From positions 248,001-312,000 of the forward strand of contig NW_025964002.1 of NCBI RefSeq assembly GCF_023055435.1: a stretch of 64,000 bases of DNA. Reading direction: 5' to 3'. The notes below the pieces were generated by a model. The model worked only from the letters and a program-made list of their open reading frames with translations, did not search any database and had not been told where the DNA came from. Shown in pieces: positions 13,077-25,846 of this stretch (position 1 is the stretch's first letter; every line of letters begins with the position of its first letter). The stretch is from Haliotis rufescens (lineage: Eukaryota). The translations under genes were made by a program, and so were the position numbers.

Positions 13077-13488
13077 GTCTTACCACCTTAATACTGCTTA
13101 TTAATTTAACCAGTTTATACTATACATTTCTCGACTAGATGATTACAAGTTGAATTTAATTTAAATCCATACCAAACTCAAATCAACAATAATACTGCAT
13201 ATCATAAACTATCATAGACATAAAGATAAAATATTCTTATATGTATTTTTGTGTTCAAATTTCCAGCATATTTTCAACTTGGCACTTGAACAGGCTTTAT
13301 TGCCCCCGAGCATGTGCTCCTGTTTCAACAGGGAGATAGTTATAAGATATTTGTCAGTTATGGTTTACCTTATTGGCAACAGGCATCAAGGTAAGAGGAG
13401 TCCATATAAAATAGTGCCACAACACTGTAGATCACTTTAAAAGTAGTATATAAAATAGCTTCATATGTCAGCAAAGAAAACCACATAA

Positions 13489-13725
13489 GAGTGAGTGAGT
13501 GAGTGGGTTTGGGTTTATTGGCAAGTTTGTTGAGTGGGTGGTTAAGCGGATATTTCGTTGTGGGGGTTGGGTGGTTGGTTGAGTGTGTCGATGGAGCAAT
13601 ATACCAACAATATCATGTTAGGGACACCAGAAATGGGCCCACAGATTGTGCCTGTGTGGGGAATCGAACCCGAGCCTTCGGTGTGACGGGTTAATGGTGT
13701 TACCACTGGGCTACCTCGCCGTCCC
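13489..13725 (-). mobile_element. Diverged SINE family A copy
   Basis: GGGACACCAGAAATGGG..GGAATCGAACCCG..CCACTGGGCTACC and (GAGT)n. Confidence 0.8.
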
Positions 13726-16700
13726 ACTGTTGATCGTCAGATAATTCTGTATAATGCTAAGTATTGAAATCAAGTATCAAATTTCAACAATACTTCTTCA
13801 TCTGCAACAATAAATGTCAAATGAAATATCGTGTAACACTGTTGCAATACAGAACAGTTGAATTGCGTTACACGAGGTTTCACTCTGATCCTGCAGACAT
13901 CTTATCATATATATCTCATGCCATACAATGTTTTCAATTTTTTTAATAAAAAGAAAAACGTTTCATGTCTTCCATGAAAAATCCAACTATGGTTACAAAC
14001 ATCGACATAACGCATTCAGGTCTGCTGCATCTGAGAACAAGAGTCATCAGTGGATGACATGTCACACCTCTCCTCTGGTCCCAAATTGTTCTCTAAGATC
14101 AACACAAAATGAAGCTCTTAAGACCAAAAAGGCACAACTTTTTTAAAGAATAATTTGAACAGTATTTGCTGGCGATAAAACAATATATGAAAGCAGAACT
14201 CATTAGATGTGGTTGTTATTCTCACGGCAAGGGCCAAGTCCTATATCTTATATATGTATATAGAAACAGTTCTAAAGGTATAACTAACTAGAATATGTTT
14301 TTGCAAATCTAAAAAAAACCAATAATAGCAAAAAATACTTGTATATATTAATGCATAGATGAAGCAGAATTATAGAGGATGATGTTGATGTCAGATAGTG
14401 ATATACTGATATGTTCCATGGTCAAAGGGAAGTAACTCTTTGGATGGGTGCGCTACCACCGCAAGGTCAACTGACTAATCAGGGCCGTTTGAAATACTCT
14501 CTCTCTCTCTTGCCAATATTGTTTTGCTCCAACAAAAATCTAAAATATCTCCTATTTTCCCCGTCCAACAGACAGACAAAGACACAAACACACAGATATA
14601 ATGATTCCACTACCTTGGTCACTTGGTTTCTAGAAACAGATAGTTAAAATATGTGTATTGTAAACTTTTTCTAAATACATACTTTTGAAAAAAAATTAAC
14701 TTATTAATTGTGTTGATTTAATGATGCTTCTATCTAAAATGTTGACCAGCATCAATGTTGATTATCAGAACAAAAATGTTTTCATCATTGTTTATGATAC
14801 CGAGGTTTCACTGTCTGTTGTGATATATTGAAAGTGTACCAACTTGTAAACAAATGGCCATTATAGTTCATTAGAAAAAGTGTCAGCTTTCTATGCCCTA
14901 AGGTTCATGAGATAACAATTTAAACCTATTCTACGTAATATGACTTTATAAATATTGTAACACACAAACTTGAGATAAAATCAAAACGATTTCAACAAAA
15001 TAAGTGGTCTTCATCATGAGGAGCACACATGTCAAATTTCAGTCTCATCGGTCAGTAAGTAAAAGAGAAGATAACTTAGAGCAGATTCAGATCACAATTA
15101 GATTCCTTCTCTGCAACAGTGACATACCAACCAACAGAGTAGCTATACTGGCCAGCTATGAAGGTCAACTGGCCATTGACTGTTTTGACGTTCCGAAAGA
15201 GCTGCCCATTTGTGCTGAAATTTGAGAGAGAGTGAATGAAATTTTAAGTCTAGATGGGGATGTGCATGGTGAAAGGGGTTAAGAGGGGCCTCTGCATCAG
15301 TCCATGGCAGCCTTGGGGGTCCATGTCTTGCAAAATCGCGACTGAGAAGACAACAATGCATTGATAACATACTGTAAGATTCGCGATGATATCTGGAAGG
15401 GTCTGTTGTATGAATTGGCTTATTCGTTCATTTGTGTTGCGAATATTGACTCTTGCTGAGTTGCTGTCGTGTTCCTGCAAGAGATTATACCTGCTGGTTC
15501 TGACACTGGTCGGAAGCCAATTGTGTACTATTCTTACACCGAAACGTGCTAAAGGTACAGTTCTCTCACCAAGCCCCTTACTGGGCTGTTTTTGTAAACA
15601 AACGCCGAAAGGTAACTCGGGTAAGTTTGCTGTATAGTTATTAAACACATGACATCTAACCACAGTAGCAATTACGATTTTGTAAAGCAGGATTAATATG
15701 TTTTTGGTCGAAGAAAATTGAGTGTTATGTAATTTCCATGATTGTTTTTAGATTTGCAGCCATTCTCGTTCACGACCAGGGACAATGCCTATGAGTATCA
15801 CTACTCCTCAATGTCCGAGGGCAATCAGTTATCATAATCTTTAAATAATCATGTATTATTAATATGCTCCAGACTGTTGAAACAAAAAGCCACAAAATGC
15901 ATTGTTGCAGCATGTTATTTATTTTTAATTTAGGGTTATACTTGTTTAATGCAATTTGCACATACATACAATTTAAAGATCATTTATATATGAAATAAAC
16001 AATGTTACTATTTTTCATTTGTGATATTGAGAGATAAAGATGACAAAAGTGGCATTTTTTGTATCTTTCATATATGTAGTGTCGAAGCAAGTCATACCAG
16101 ACAATGATGCCCAGAGGTATAGGTACCCGGAAGATCCGCAGTGCATCATGGTGTAGAGTCGCTGTCCAGTGCATACCAAAAACATGGGACATCGTGCTTC
16201 ACAGTATGGGGTAATAAAATAATATTTTGACAATAAATAATAACACAATGTAAATATGATATTCAAACAATTTGTATATTGAACTTTTTGTATATCTGTT
16301 ATAGTCTATGTTGTAACATGATTGTCTTTTGGTGTAAAAGTGTAGTGTGGATGACAAATAAAAGAATAGATCAGATACAATTAGTACATTGTAAACTGAT
16401 AACATTTGTATTCAGGCACCCAGTGAGACCGAAAGTTAGCATGGCATGACTTAGACAGCTTATGACCATTACCACCTACTTTTACAATAATTTAGTCAGT
16501 GTACATGTTATCTTGACAAATTTATAAAAAAAATGCTTTATTTTCAGTTCCCTCAATGATCATATGAAAAAGAATTAAGCGACATAACCCTTTCCATATT
16601 CATAAGTAATCTCTGCCAAAAACAGAATTGATTGTACGATTCTGACTTTTTCATGAGCATGTGTTGAATCCCAATCAAAAAGTGATGATACTAGGTGTTC

Positions 16701-17035
16701 GCGAAAGGTGAGCATATCCTGCCCCACCGGTGTCAGAACAAGTTTCTAGAGTTGAGATCCATTTTCATTGTGTGCAAATAATGTTTGTTTTTATGCAGAG
16801 CCACAATTCATAAAACATATGTGTGTCTTGTGAGGCAGTGCTTCAGACACAAAGCGAACTGTACTTCTGAAATAGTCACTAACAAGTTGCCAATGATCAT
16901 TTTGCCAGTGCTTGTGCTATTTTCTTGTCCTTTTCTTGCCCATTGCCTGTTTGCCCATTGTCAATTACCAATCATGTGATAATTTAGACCTGGCTTTGAG
17001 TTGTCCATAACTATCAGCGCTAATAGCTGTAAAGC

Positions 17036-17539
17036 GTTGGCTTCCAGTGTCTATTGCTAATCACCTATTATCTGTTGGCTTCCAGTGCCTATTGCTAATC
17101 ACCTATTATCTGTTAGCTTCCAGTGTCTATTGCTAATCACCTATTAACTGTTGGCTTCCAGTGTCTATTGCTAATCACCTATTATCTGTTGGCTTCCAGT
17201 GTCTATTGCTAATCACCTATTATTTGTTGGCTTCCAGTGCCTATTGCTAATCACCTGTTATATGTTGGCTTCAAGTGTCTATTGCTAATCACCTATTATC
17301 TGTTGGCTTCCAGTGCCTATTGCTAATCACCTATTATCTGTTGGCTTCCAGTGTCTATTGCTCATCACCTATCATCTGTTGGCTTCCAGTGCCTATTGCT
17401 AATCACCTATTATCTGTTGGCTTCCAGTGTCTATTGCTAATCACCTATTAACTGTTGGCTTCCAGTGCCTAATGCTAATCACCTATTATCTGTTGGCTTC
17501 CAGTGCCTATTGCTAATCACCTATTATCTGTTGGCTTCC
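17036..17539. repeat. 38-bp minisatellite, ~13 copies
   Basis: Unit GTTGGCTTCCAGTG(T/C)CTATTGCTAATCACCTATTATCT, head-to-tail with no spacers. Confidence 0.97.
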
Positions 17540-18306
17540 CTTGTAAGGTTTCCATCTTTTGTTATCTAAGTTAATTGTGTTGTTCTCACGTGTACATATT
17601 TATGCTCTCGCCCTCGAGGTATGATAGCAACTCATTTTGGACCAAGCGCCGGCTACAAGCGCCACAGCTCTCGCCGTGGGGGAGAACTCATTTCTCTTCT
17701 GTAAACCCTAAACTTTTCAATAAAAAAAAAGGATTGAAGCACAATATCTTCATTGTGTAATCGATTTTCTCACACAAACGCAAAGGGTAATAACAAGTAT
17801 ATAGTCACGTGTTGTTGGTTTTTATTTGAAACAACTTGGGCCCGTCTCGTCATTTAACCCATCTAATCTGCCTGTATATGGCAGCGCTCACTAAAATCAT
17901 AACCGCACAAACACACAAACGTAAACATAAATTCAAAAATCTATTAATAACTCACATTTTAACGGATGTTTCTTTGTTGTTAACGCAGCACTCAGCAATA
18001 TTCCAGCTATATGATGGCAACATGAGCATCGATCGACGCAATTGGGATACGTTCAGTTTTGTTACATATTCTACAAGAATGAAGACCATTGTTTAGCACT
18101 ATAGAATGAATGAAAGTGTTGAGTGGATGTGGGGATGAAAGTGGGAAAAAAACAGAATATCTGTTTATATGGTTGATAGGCCTCATTAAGAAACCCATTA
18201 TTCTAGGCTCCATTTCGATTTCATTTTTGATTTCACACATTTATATTTGGGAAATGATAACTATATTTCTGGGACAACATAAGACTTCCGCCCGAACCTC
18301 CCCTCG

Positions 18307-18337
<31 letters not shown>
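18307..18337. repeat. Poly-C run (~31 nt)
   Basis: Directly visible homopolymer. Confidence 0.95.
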
Positions 18338-18639
18338 ACCCTGTAATTCGCGTAACTTACGATCTATCCGAAGTCGAGGCTCGAAAATACAGTACAGCAC
18401 AATCTTCAAAGACACATAAACTACATGTTATATAACTCATGTGCAGATTGTGAGGGAAACATAGTATCACGCAATGACAGCCGAGACAGCGATGTTTCCG
18501 TTAGACGTCAAATAGTTTTGCGGAAGATAGTGTCACGTTATCAAATAAGGATGTAGGTAGGTAAAATCTGGTGTCCATAAGGGACCGTTTAAGATACAAA
18601 GGTTTCATTCAATCAAATAGTTGATAAAGAGATAACCCA

Positions 18640-18735
18640 TGGCCAGGTTCGATTTAGCCAGCCCATTTCTGCTGTCTCCCGCCGTGATATTGCTGGAATA
18701 TTGCTAAAAGTGGCGTAATACAATAGTCACTCACT
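18640..18735 (+). mobile_element. Partial SINE family A
   Basis: GGTTCGATT..GCCCATTTCTG..GCCGTGATATTGCTGGAATATTGCTAAAAG. Confidence 0.75.
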
Positions 18736-20399
18736 AGAATTGGAAACAGTGTCAATTACGTCATGGTTAGGAACATCGTCGACACCCTCAGTATAATCTG
18801 TATTGTGTCTGAAAGGAGTGAAATCCCCGCATGTACATAGGTTGCCTTCATTTTGTAACAATAATTCTACTGTATGTAAGGACAAGATATATGGATGAAC
18901 AACTTCTTTGTCACACTTAGGAGCGACGTTTCAGTGTAGGTTCTAACACCGTTATCAAGCAAGTGAATGCCTCTCAGAGAAGTTACATATACTGTAGTCC
19001 TGCTCCAGTCTGCAGACGGTAGATGGTAGCCACACAAAACTATACTGACATCGGGATGAGTTCGCTTCAACAATAATCAGCCTCATTAGAGTCGTCTAAA
19101 ACTGATACATGGTAATTGTTCAAGACTGTGTTCTTGATTAAAGCACCTCCCCCTCCGGACCCCCTCTTGGCTCGCTCGTGTATACACGTACGATACAATG
19201 GAGATTTATGAGCATCTTATAAGTAAGATTTTTAAGTGATTCTAACATATGCATGTCAGGACTATAGGCTAATTAGCCTTTGGAATGAAAAGTTCAATCA
19301 GTCAAAGGGTATCCCAAAATCGATCGCTGTGACAGAGGCATGGGACTTGATACTTTAACGCTTCCTTGCATTAGACATATTTCTAGAGTAAATAACAACC
19401 ATGAAGTGTATAGAATTTTCTTATCAAAGTTTATGGGGGAACAGGACTTTCTGTGTTAAAGGTATCGTGCATTAGACACGTGTTACTATAACATCGAAGT
19501 GAACTCATTTAATGTTATGTGCAAATAATTTTCTAATTGAGGTAATTGGAGATTAAAGATATTCTTTTTCAAAATGGGTATAGGGCAAAGTTTCCCCAAA
19601 CTGGAAGTGATATGATTAAGCCACAAGTGCATGTACATTGTTATGAGGGAAACTAGGTCTTACTGCGAGAGATCAAGTAGGGATCAAAGATGTAAAGAGA
19701 GAGATACTGGTGCGGTCAACTGTCACCTGATTTGGTAAAGTCAAAATAGGTCATGATACTGATGAAAATACTCAGGAATCGGTCGGGATAAGGCTGTTTT
19801 TGTCTGCATACTCTTTCGTTTGTAACCTTAACCATAATCTTTTGGAGAAAGATAGCCATTACCCAAACTCAGTTTCAAAAGCACTAGTCAGCCAGTCAAT
19901 GTGAATTAATTCCAATTATGAATAAAGTCAGTCCCTTATATAAAAAAGTTCACGAGAAACCGTTATGTGTTGTCAAACGTATGACCATGCTCACAAGTAA
20001 CCCGTAGCCCATGTAATAAGTACCTTAAGTCTTCTCGCTATAGAACCGAGGAGTTAACACCCCTAGACCGTGTTTGGACACACACATGTGGGCTTGTATC
20101 TGTCTCTAATAATGAGAGGCAGTGCACTGGTGGGACTTGGTGGGTCATGCCTCCATATGGTGTGTCAGCAAAGGCTACTGCTTTGGGAGACTTGTTCACG
20201 ATGTGGGTCAGCCGTGTTGAAAAAAGGTTTTATCATTTTGGAAATTTTCGTTTATAAATAACACTGCGGTTTAATATTTCGCATACAAAATTTCATGTTT
20301 GATTAATCCCAATAACATTTTTCACGAAAACAAATAAAGAGATATAGTGTAGTTTCAAGAAATATTTTATCAACATTATTCATACCGTTCTAATTTTCA

Positions 20400-21248
20400 G
20401 TGAAACTATTGTGAAGCATGTCAAGACTCATGATGAAAACAAGCCATTCCACAGTTTTCTAAAACGAGCCAAGGATGCGGGACATAATCTCAATGTCGGT
20501 GTTGATTTTGTTGATGGTTCTGTACTGCTGGATGGTACAGAAATGAGTGTCAACCAAGCGAAGTGCCATATCAAGTCGGCCCAGAATTTAAAGGAGAGGC
20601 TTTTTGAACGACCACTGCATTGAGTTTATGGGTAGAGTGTTGAGAAGATCAGCAATCCTGCAGAGTCCTTCGCTTGGAAGAAGTCGTCTGCCCTGAAATG
20701 AGAAACCGAGGGCTTTCTCTTTGCTGCTCGGGACCAGTCACTTCCAACTCGAAACCTTCAATATGTGATTTTGCATCAAAATGTAAATATGAAATGTAGA
20801 TTTTGTAATGAATTTAATGATACTGTCCAACACATTGTCAGTGTTTTTGCACAAACAAAGTATCTTAAGCGACATGATGGAGTGGCTCGATCATTTTGTT
20901 ACCGTCTTCTTCATGCTTGTGGTTTTGACACAGGGGTCCATCCAAGGTACGACCCAGAATAGAGGGCGTCATGGAAAAACATAAATACAAAAGTCTTTGA
21001 AATAGGCCAGTATACAGCCTCGGGCGTCTCCAGGCAAACAAACATGATCTTGTCCTTTTTGATAAATCCAATGAAATCTTTCAAAGGATTTCTGTTTGCT
21101 GCTCAGGACCAGTCACTTCACACTCGAAACCGTCAATGTGTGATTTTGTATCAAAATATTGATACGAAATGTCGATTATGTGATAAATATATTAAGACTG
21201 TCCATCACATTGTCAGTGAATGCCCTGTTTTGGCACAAACACAGTATA
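20400..21248 (+). mobile_element. R4/Dong-like (RLE-type) non-LTR retrotransposon C-terminal relic
   Basis: ERPLH, ETEGFLFAARDQSLPTRN, KCRFC..HIVS, YLKRHDGVAR, ANKHDLVLFDK (RHD and PD-type motifs); the zinc-knuckle block is present twice. Confidence 0.85.
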
Positions 21249-22329
21249 TTTCACACCCGTTACACCGGTCTCCGGCCGTTGCAACTGCTATCCCATCACA
21301 AATTGTTTTTATGTAGAAGGATGACAAAGACTCCTCGAAGTTCTGTCGTTTTGTCGAAGCTCCTTGGGCGTTGTTGCACCAGGCAATGGAAGAGAGAATC
21401 CCAGACGATATATCTGTATTTGATATGAGCCCTCGTTGTCGGGGAATCTCGGTGGACACACCATACTTTCCGCCGCTCTAAAGCAAGCCGTCCTTGACCT
21501 ATATATTCTTTTCCAATTATTTAATGTGAAGTGGTATCTCTGTGTTGTAGACATGACTGAAAAAGATGATACACCTCTCACAGAATCAGCACATGTCTGT
21601 GATGATGTCACAAAGAGAAAAAGTGAGGAGGCACTTTGAGGATGTGTTGAAGGAACTAAACCACGAAGGCATTGTAACTGACTGTCATCCATAGTCGCTA
21701 ATAATAACACTGAGTGTCGTGAGATACACCCTCTGAAATATGAAGACATTGACTTGTCAACAGAACATTTACTCACAGTTGAAAAGAATCAAACTTTTGG
21801 AAATGCTTTGAAAATAATCTACTAAAACTAGATATGTATTTATTTACTATCATTGTTTTTTTAGACAAAAAGCCAAGCCGAATGTGGAAAATGTTGATAT
21901 GCCCGTATGTATACACCCAATGAGGGTGGTATTGCATATACAAATAATAATAAAACATGATTTGATATTGTCTGCACGTCAGAGATATAAACCTTTATGT
22001 TCACTCACTATATAAGCTTTTATCTGCACTCACTCTTAACCTATATATATCTTCATCACGCAGAGGGAGTCTATTGGTGTAAATAAACATACAACTCAGT
22101 TTTCACATTAACGGACAAAGGGGAGTAACTCGTCCTCAACTTTCACAGGTTGGTTCACTGTCATACATGAGAGTTGCATGGTCGTGGGAGCATATTATCT
22201 TTAGTGAAGCAAGCATTCTGGTAGTCCAGGGGAGATAATTCGCCTTCAGCGCTTTCATGATTTTCAGAGGATCAAAGAACAAAAAATAAAAACAAGATGA
22301 AGTTCATGATGACTTTAGTTGATTAATTT

Positions 22330-22968
22330 AATAGTCTACAAATGGACATATTTCAATAATCTTCCAGTTGTTTCAATGTCTTTACAACAGGGACTCCAAA
22401 CTTCAGTTTCTTTTGAACAGCTTTTGAGCTTTGTTCTGTTGAATGTTTTCTCTTCTGTGGAGTAAACAGGATGATCCAAGGAGAATGGATACGTTTGTTT
22501 TAGATTATCTGTAAGCCAAAGGCACAGAAGTCGATTCTTCAGTGTTCAGGATAGAGGATCAAACGTGATAGACTCAATTAGATATTCTAAGAATTTTGTT
22601 GTGATCATCAGAGAGTATTTAGCGTTCCACGAGATGGATCCTAATTTTTGTTGATGATTTAGAAATAACTTTAATAAGTGTCAAGTGACTCTACGGGATT
22701 TGACATGGTGTAACAGTAGTTCGAGTAGTCTCTGGTCACTGGGCGGTTGAGTCCTGTTCGCGTCTAAAGGGGATTGATTCTTGTCGTGTAAATGAGATTC
22801 ATCGGTCGCTGATGGAGCATGGTCATTTGTTGATATTGCGTCGATGTTGTCCACGTGATCACACTGACGAGAAGTATCATGACTGAACTGTATTGGAGGA
22901 CTGGTGTCATTCTTCCGCATCAGACGTTGATAGGCATCTCGTGATAATAGTATCATTGCGTTCGTCAT
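22330..22968 (-). pseudogene. Maverick hypothetical protein relic
   Basis: N-terminal MILLSRDAYQRL followed by low complexity and a later ISWNAK block; same strand and packed with the array; family resemblance is from memory. Confidence 0.45.
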
Positions 22969-23343
22969 CTGTCAGGTTCTCTTCAGTACTATCGTTGTCT
23001 TGTGAATAGACAAGTAGAACGCTAATGCATGGTTTCGGGACGTAATGGTGGGATATGATAAGTCTTCTTTTGTCCTTATAACTTGTAGCTTTGCTAGTCA
23101 TTGAACCAATAATCTGTCTGTAACGATGTAATCTCTCTTCCTTTGTAGATATATGTAAATGGGCCGGACAATCTGTTGGGCATATCTACCTATTATTTGC
23201 CCGTGAAGAGGTCACCTGTTTAATAAACATACAGCTGTATTACACATTGTGTAATACCAAAGAGCGTGCTTATGTACTGCGGGAACAAGTTCCGCTAACG
23301 ACCTTTGAAAGCTCGTAGCATCGCTGGCTTATTCAACGACATT
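22960..23343 (-). pseudogene. Small basic Maverick hypothetical ORF relic
   Basis: RLHRYRQII..MTSKATSYKDKRRLI basic block abutting the next ORF. Confidence 0.4.
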
Positions 23344-23511
23344 GCGTTTGGAGATGATAGATCACAGAGAGGAGCTTATGCACACTCAATGACCCAAGCG
23401 ACCTTGTTGCTTGGCTGACGTCACATAGCATTGTTTCGCCGTTGGATCGTGCAACAAAGTTGCACTAATTACGTCATCGGGTATTGTGACGGGATTGTAA
23501 ACTTTGTGGTG

Positions 23512-23629
23512 CAGGGCCCCGTTCCACAAGGCGATCGTACTGAAGAGCAATGACAGTCGAAAGGTTCTGTTAAAGTATGAGAGTTACGAAAACCTAAGCG
23601 CTACGATAACTTTGTGGAACTGACGCCTG
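23512..23629. mobile_element. MITE (same family as 10198-10310) inserted in the Maverick
   Basis: CAGGGCCCCGTTCCACAA ... TTTGTGGAACTGACGCCTG; shares internal TGTTAAAGTAT. Confidence 0.8.
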
Positions 23630-24143
23630 AATTCTTAAGGTGGGCGGTTGTAAGGTATTAAATTAATATGTGTAAACGTTTTACGTGTTTGAAGTCTTAT
23701 TCTGTTAAACTCAATTGGACTACGTAGTGGATCGTGTAGGTGTCTGCCTATTCATACACGACAGTGAAATTCTAAAAAAAAGTTATAAATAGCAAGTAAA
23801 CCAATTTTATGAAACTCGTGAATAATTCTGGTATCTCGCTTTCGCTCGTCAAATACCTCAACTATTCACCCGTTTCATAAAATTGGTATTACACGGGAGC
23901 TCGTTTAGTAATCTATATTTCTGCAAGGGCCACTTTTAAAGATGTCATGCACCCTTCTTTTGGAACAAAGTCTTGTTCACTCTCGTTGATAAGTATTTCT
24001 TCCTGTGGACAGAGGTGACCCCTGACTGAGATTGAATGAGGAACAGAAGCGACTATCTTCCAGGAATAGACTTTACTCATCCCGCAGTCGTAACATCACT
24101 TCGACGTTGACAGTGACTTATATCTTTAAACAACAACTGTCCT

Positions 24144-24819
24144 TCACTCTATAGGTAAATACTCAGTACACATTTCACTGGGAAATAACCCCGCGCGCAG
24201 TCGTCCTTACTGAGGGTCGCTGTAGGGACCGACGTCCATGACGAGATATCCATATTTCCTACCTTCCACAGCATCGCGTAATGACTCCGAAAAATATTTG
24301 GCTTGTCCTGTAAACATTTGAGAAGCAAAGATTTTATACTCGTACGCTGAACAAGGGTTAGACAATAAAATAAACAGAAGAGTGTTTAACGAAATGCTCC
24401 TGTTACACTCGCCTTTAGGAAAGGCAGACTGTTGTATTTTGATGACAGTGATGCCAAGATGTTAGGATAAGGTTTTGTATACATTTACAATGAGACGGTT
24501 TTTACATACTTCCTTCATTAAGTCATCCAACACAAGGATCATCTGTATATCAGATTGTTCAGACCACAAGTACAGTTCTGTTTCTGTTCTGAATATGAGG
24601 AATAACCTCTGTCATGTCGGCATACATGTCTTGCCATACTGCGTAGCAATACACGACCAAATTAGGCGACTTATTCCTAATCACACTGGCATTCTGCAAT
24701 AGTCCTTTAGCGAGATAGTTTTTTCCACTACAGGTGCCACCAATCACTTCAATAGTAGTGGGTGTTTGTATGCGTAACAGACATTCTGCTTGGTTGGGAG
24801 TGTCCCTCGCTGAGCCCAT
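24144..24819 (-). pseudogene. A32/FtsK-like packaging ATPase (Maverick)
   Basis: Walker A GGTCSGKN, VVYCYAVWQ, Walker B LVLDDLM (~24525), RSISLN, YGYLVMD, RLRAGLFP; stops and frameshifts. Confidence 0.88.
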
Positions 24820-25379
24820 GTGTTCATGTCATCGTTCCACTGGACGGTCTGAACATGTTATATATTGAATCATTCGACAAGCACTGAACACACAGGACTC
24901 TATGCGTGCTTATTTAAGCCGTAGCACGAGCTAGAAGCCTCGTGCGTCTGATCCCTCATCTCTGACGGCATGGGTGTGGTCTTAAGATGAAATGTATGAG
25001 AGCTGTATGACGAATTAACAAACGTTTGCGTCTAGGGTCGGATGTACCGACTCAGGACTGATAAATACTGATTGTTGGGATTTCTTTGAAGAAACCTTCG
25101 TCTTTCATTTCTAGTCACGGCTAACCGGGTCTCTAGTAACCGTCGGACAATGGCTACAATTCCTAACATCTGTTCTCTAGTCATGCATATAATGTCTTCT
25201 AAAATCTGGCCTCTGTCATCGCAAGATAATATATATGTGTCTTAAAAAATCATAATGCCCTATCACATATCGCGCCATCTTCTATCGCTTGCAACATCTC
25301 TTGAAAACCGGAGTATGTGTAAGCAGATTAAATATATGTCTTTTTTTCTTTCAATACATGAAAACAATGGACATTGGAA

Positions 25380-25846
25380 GTCATGCATTATCTGAAATGA
25401 CGATAAATATAGTTTGATACATACATGTTGAAGTTTATCATGTGTAAAGGTAGACGCAATATCTGGAAGTAGTAGATCTGTCTTACATTTCTGCAGCAAA
25501 TAATATAAGCAATACAATCCGCAGACTCTCGATATAGATTGTTGTAGCGTTTTTGTTGTCACACTTTAATGTTCTAAAATGCTTTTTCATAAAACTAATG
25601 AATTCTTGATTATAATAACCAGGTGGGTGTCCGAAACTTTCGAAAAATTCACTAACATACAGCTACCCAGTGTTGTCCACGTGAATTTGATGCATCTGTG
25701 TTCACCCCACACACCCGTCCTCTGCGATGGGTAGGTATTGTCTCTGGATAGATACTTTGTAGCGTGTCCCTCGTATACACTCCCATTGCACATTTGCGTA
25801 GTATGGGATCGTTGTCAGTGGCACACAAGAGCTGTTCCTTGTTCAT
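25380..25846 (-). pseudogene. Adenain-like cysteine (maturation) protease (Maverick)
   Basis: GVYTRDTL, VNTDASNSRGQHWVAV (catalytic His), LQQSISRVCGLYCLYYL (oxyanion Gln and catalytic Cys); frameshifted. Confidence 0.9.

Noticed and set aside
17036-17539. CRISPR-like regular array (also 33814-34305)
   Set aside because: Head-to-tail units with no unique spacers, no cas genes, eukaryotic context.
18110-18415. Poly-Pro/poly-Gly ORFs
   Set aside because: Artefacts of the poly-C run.
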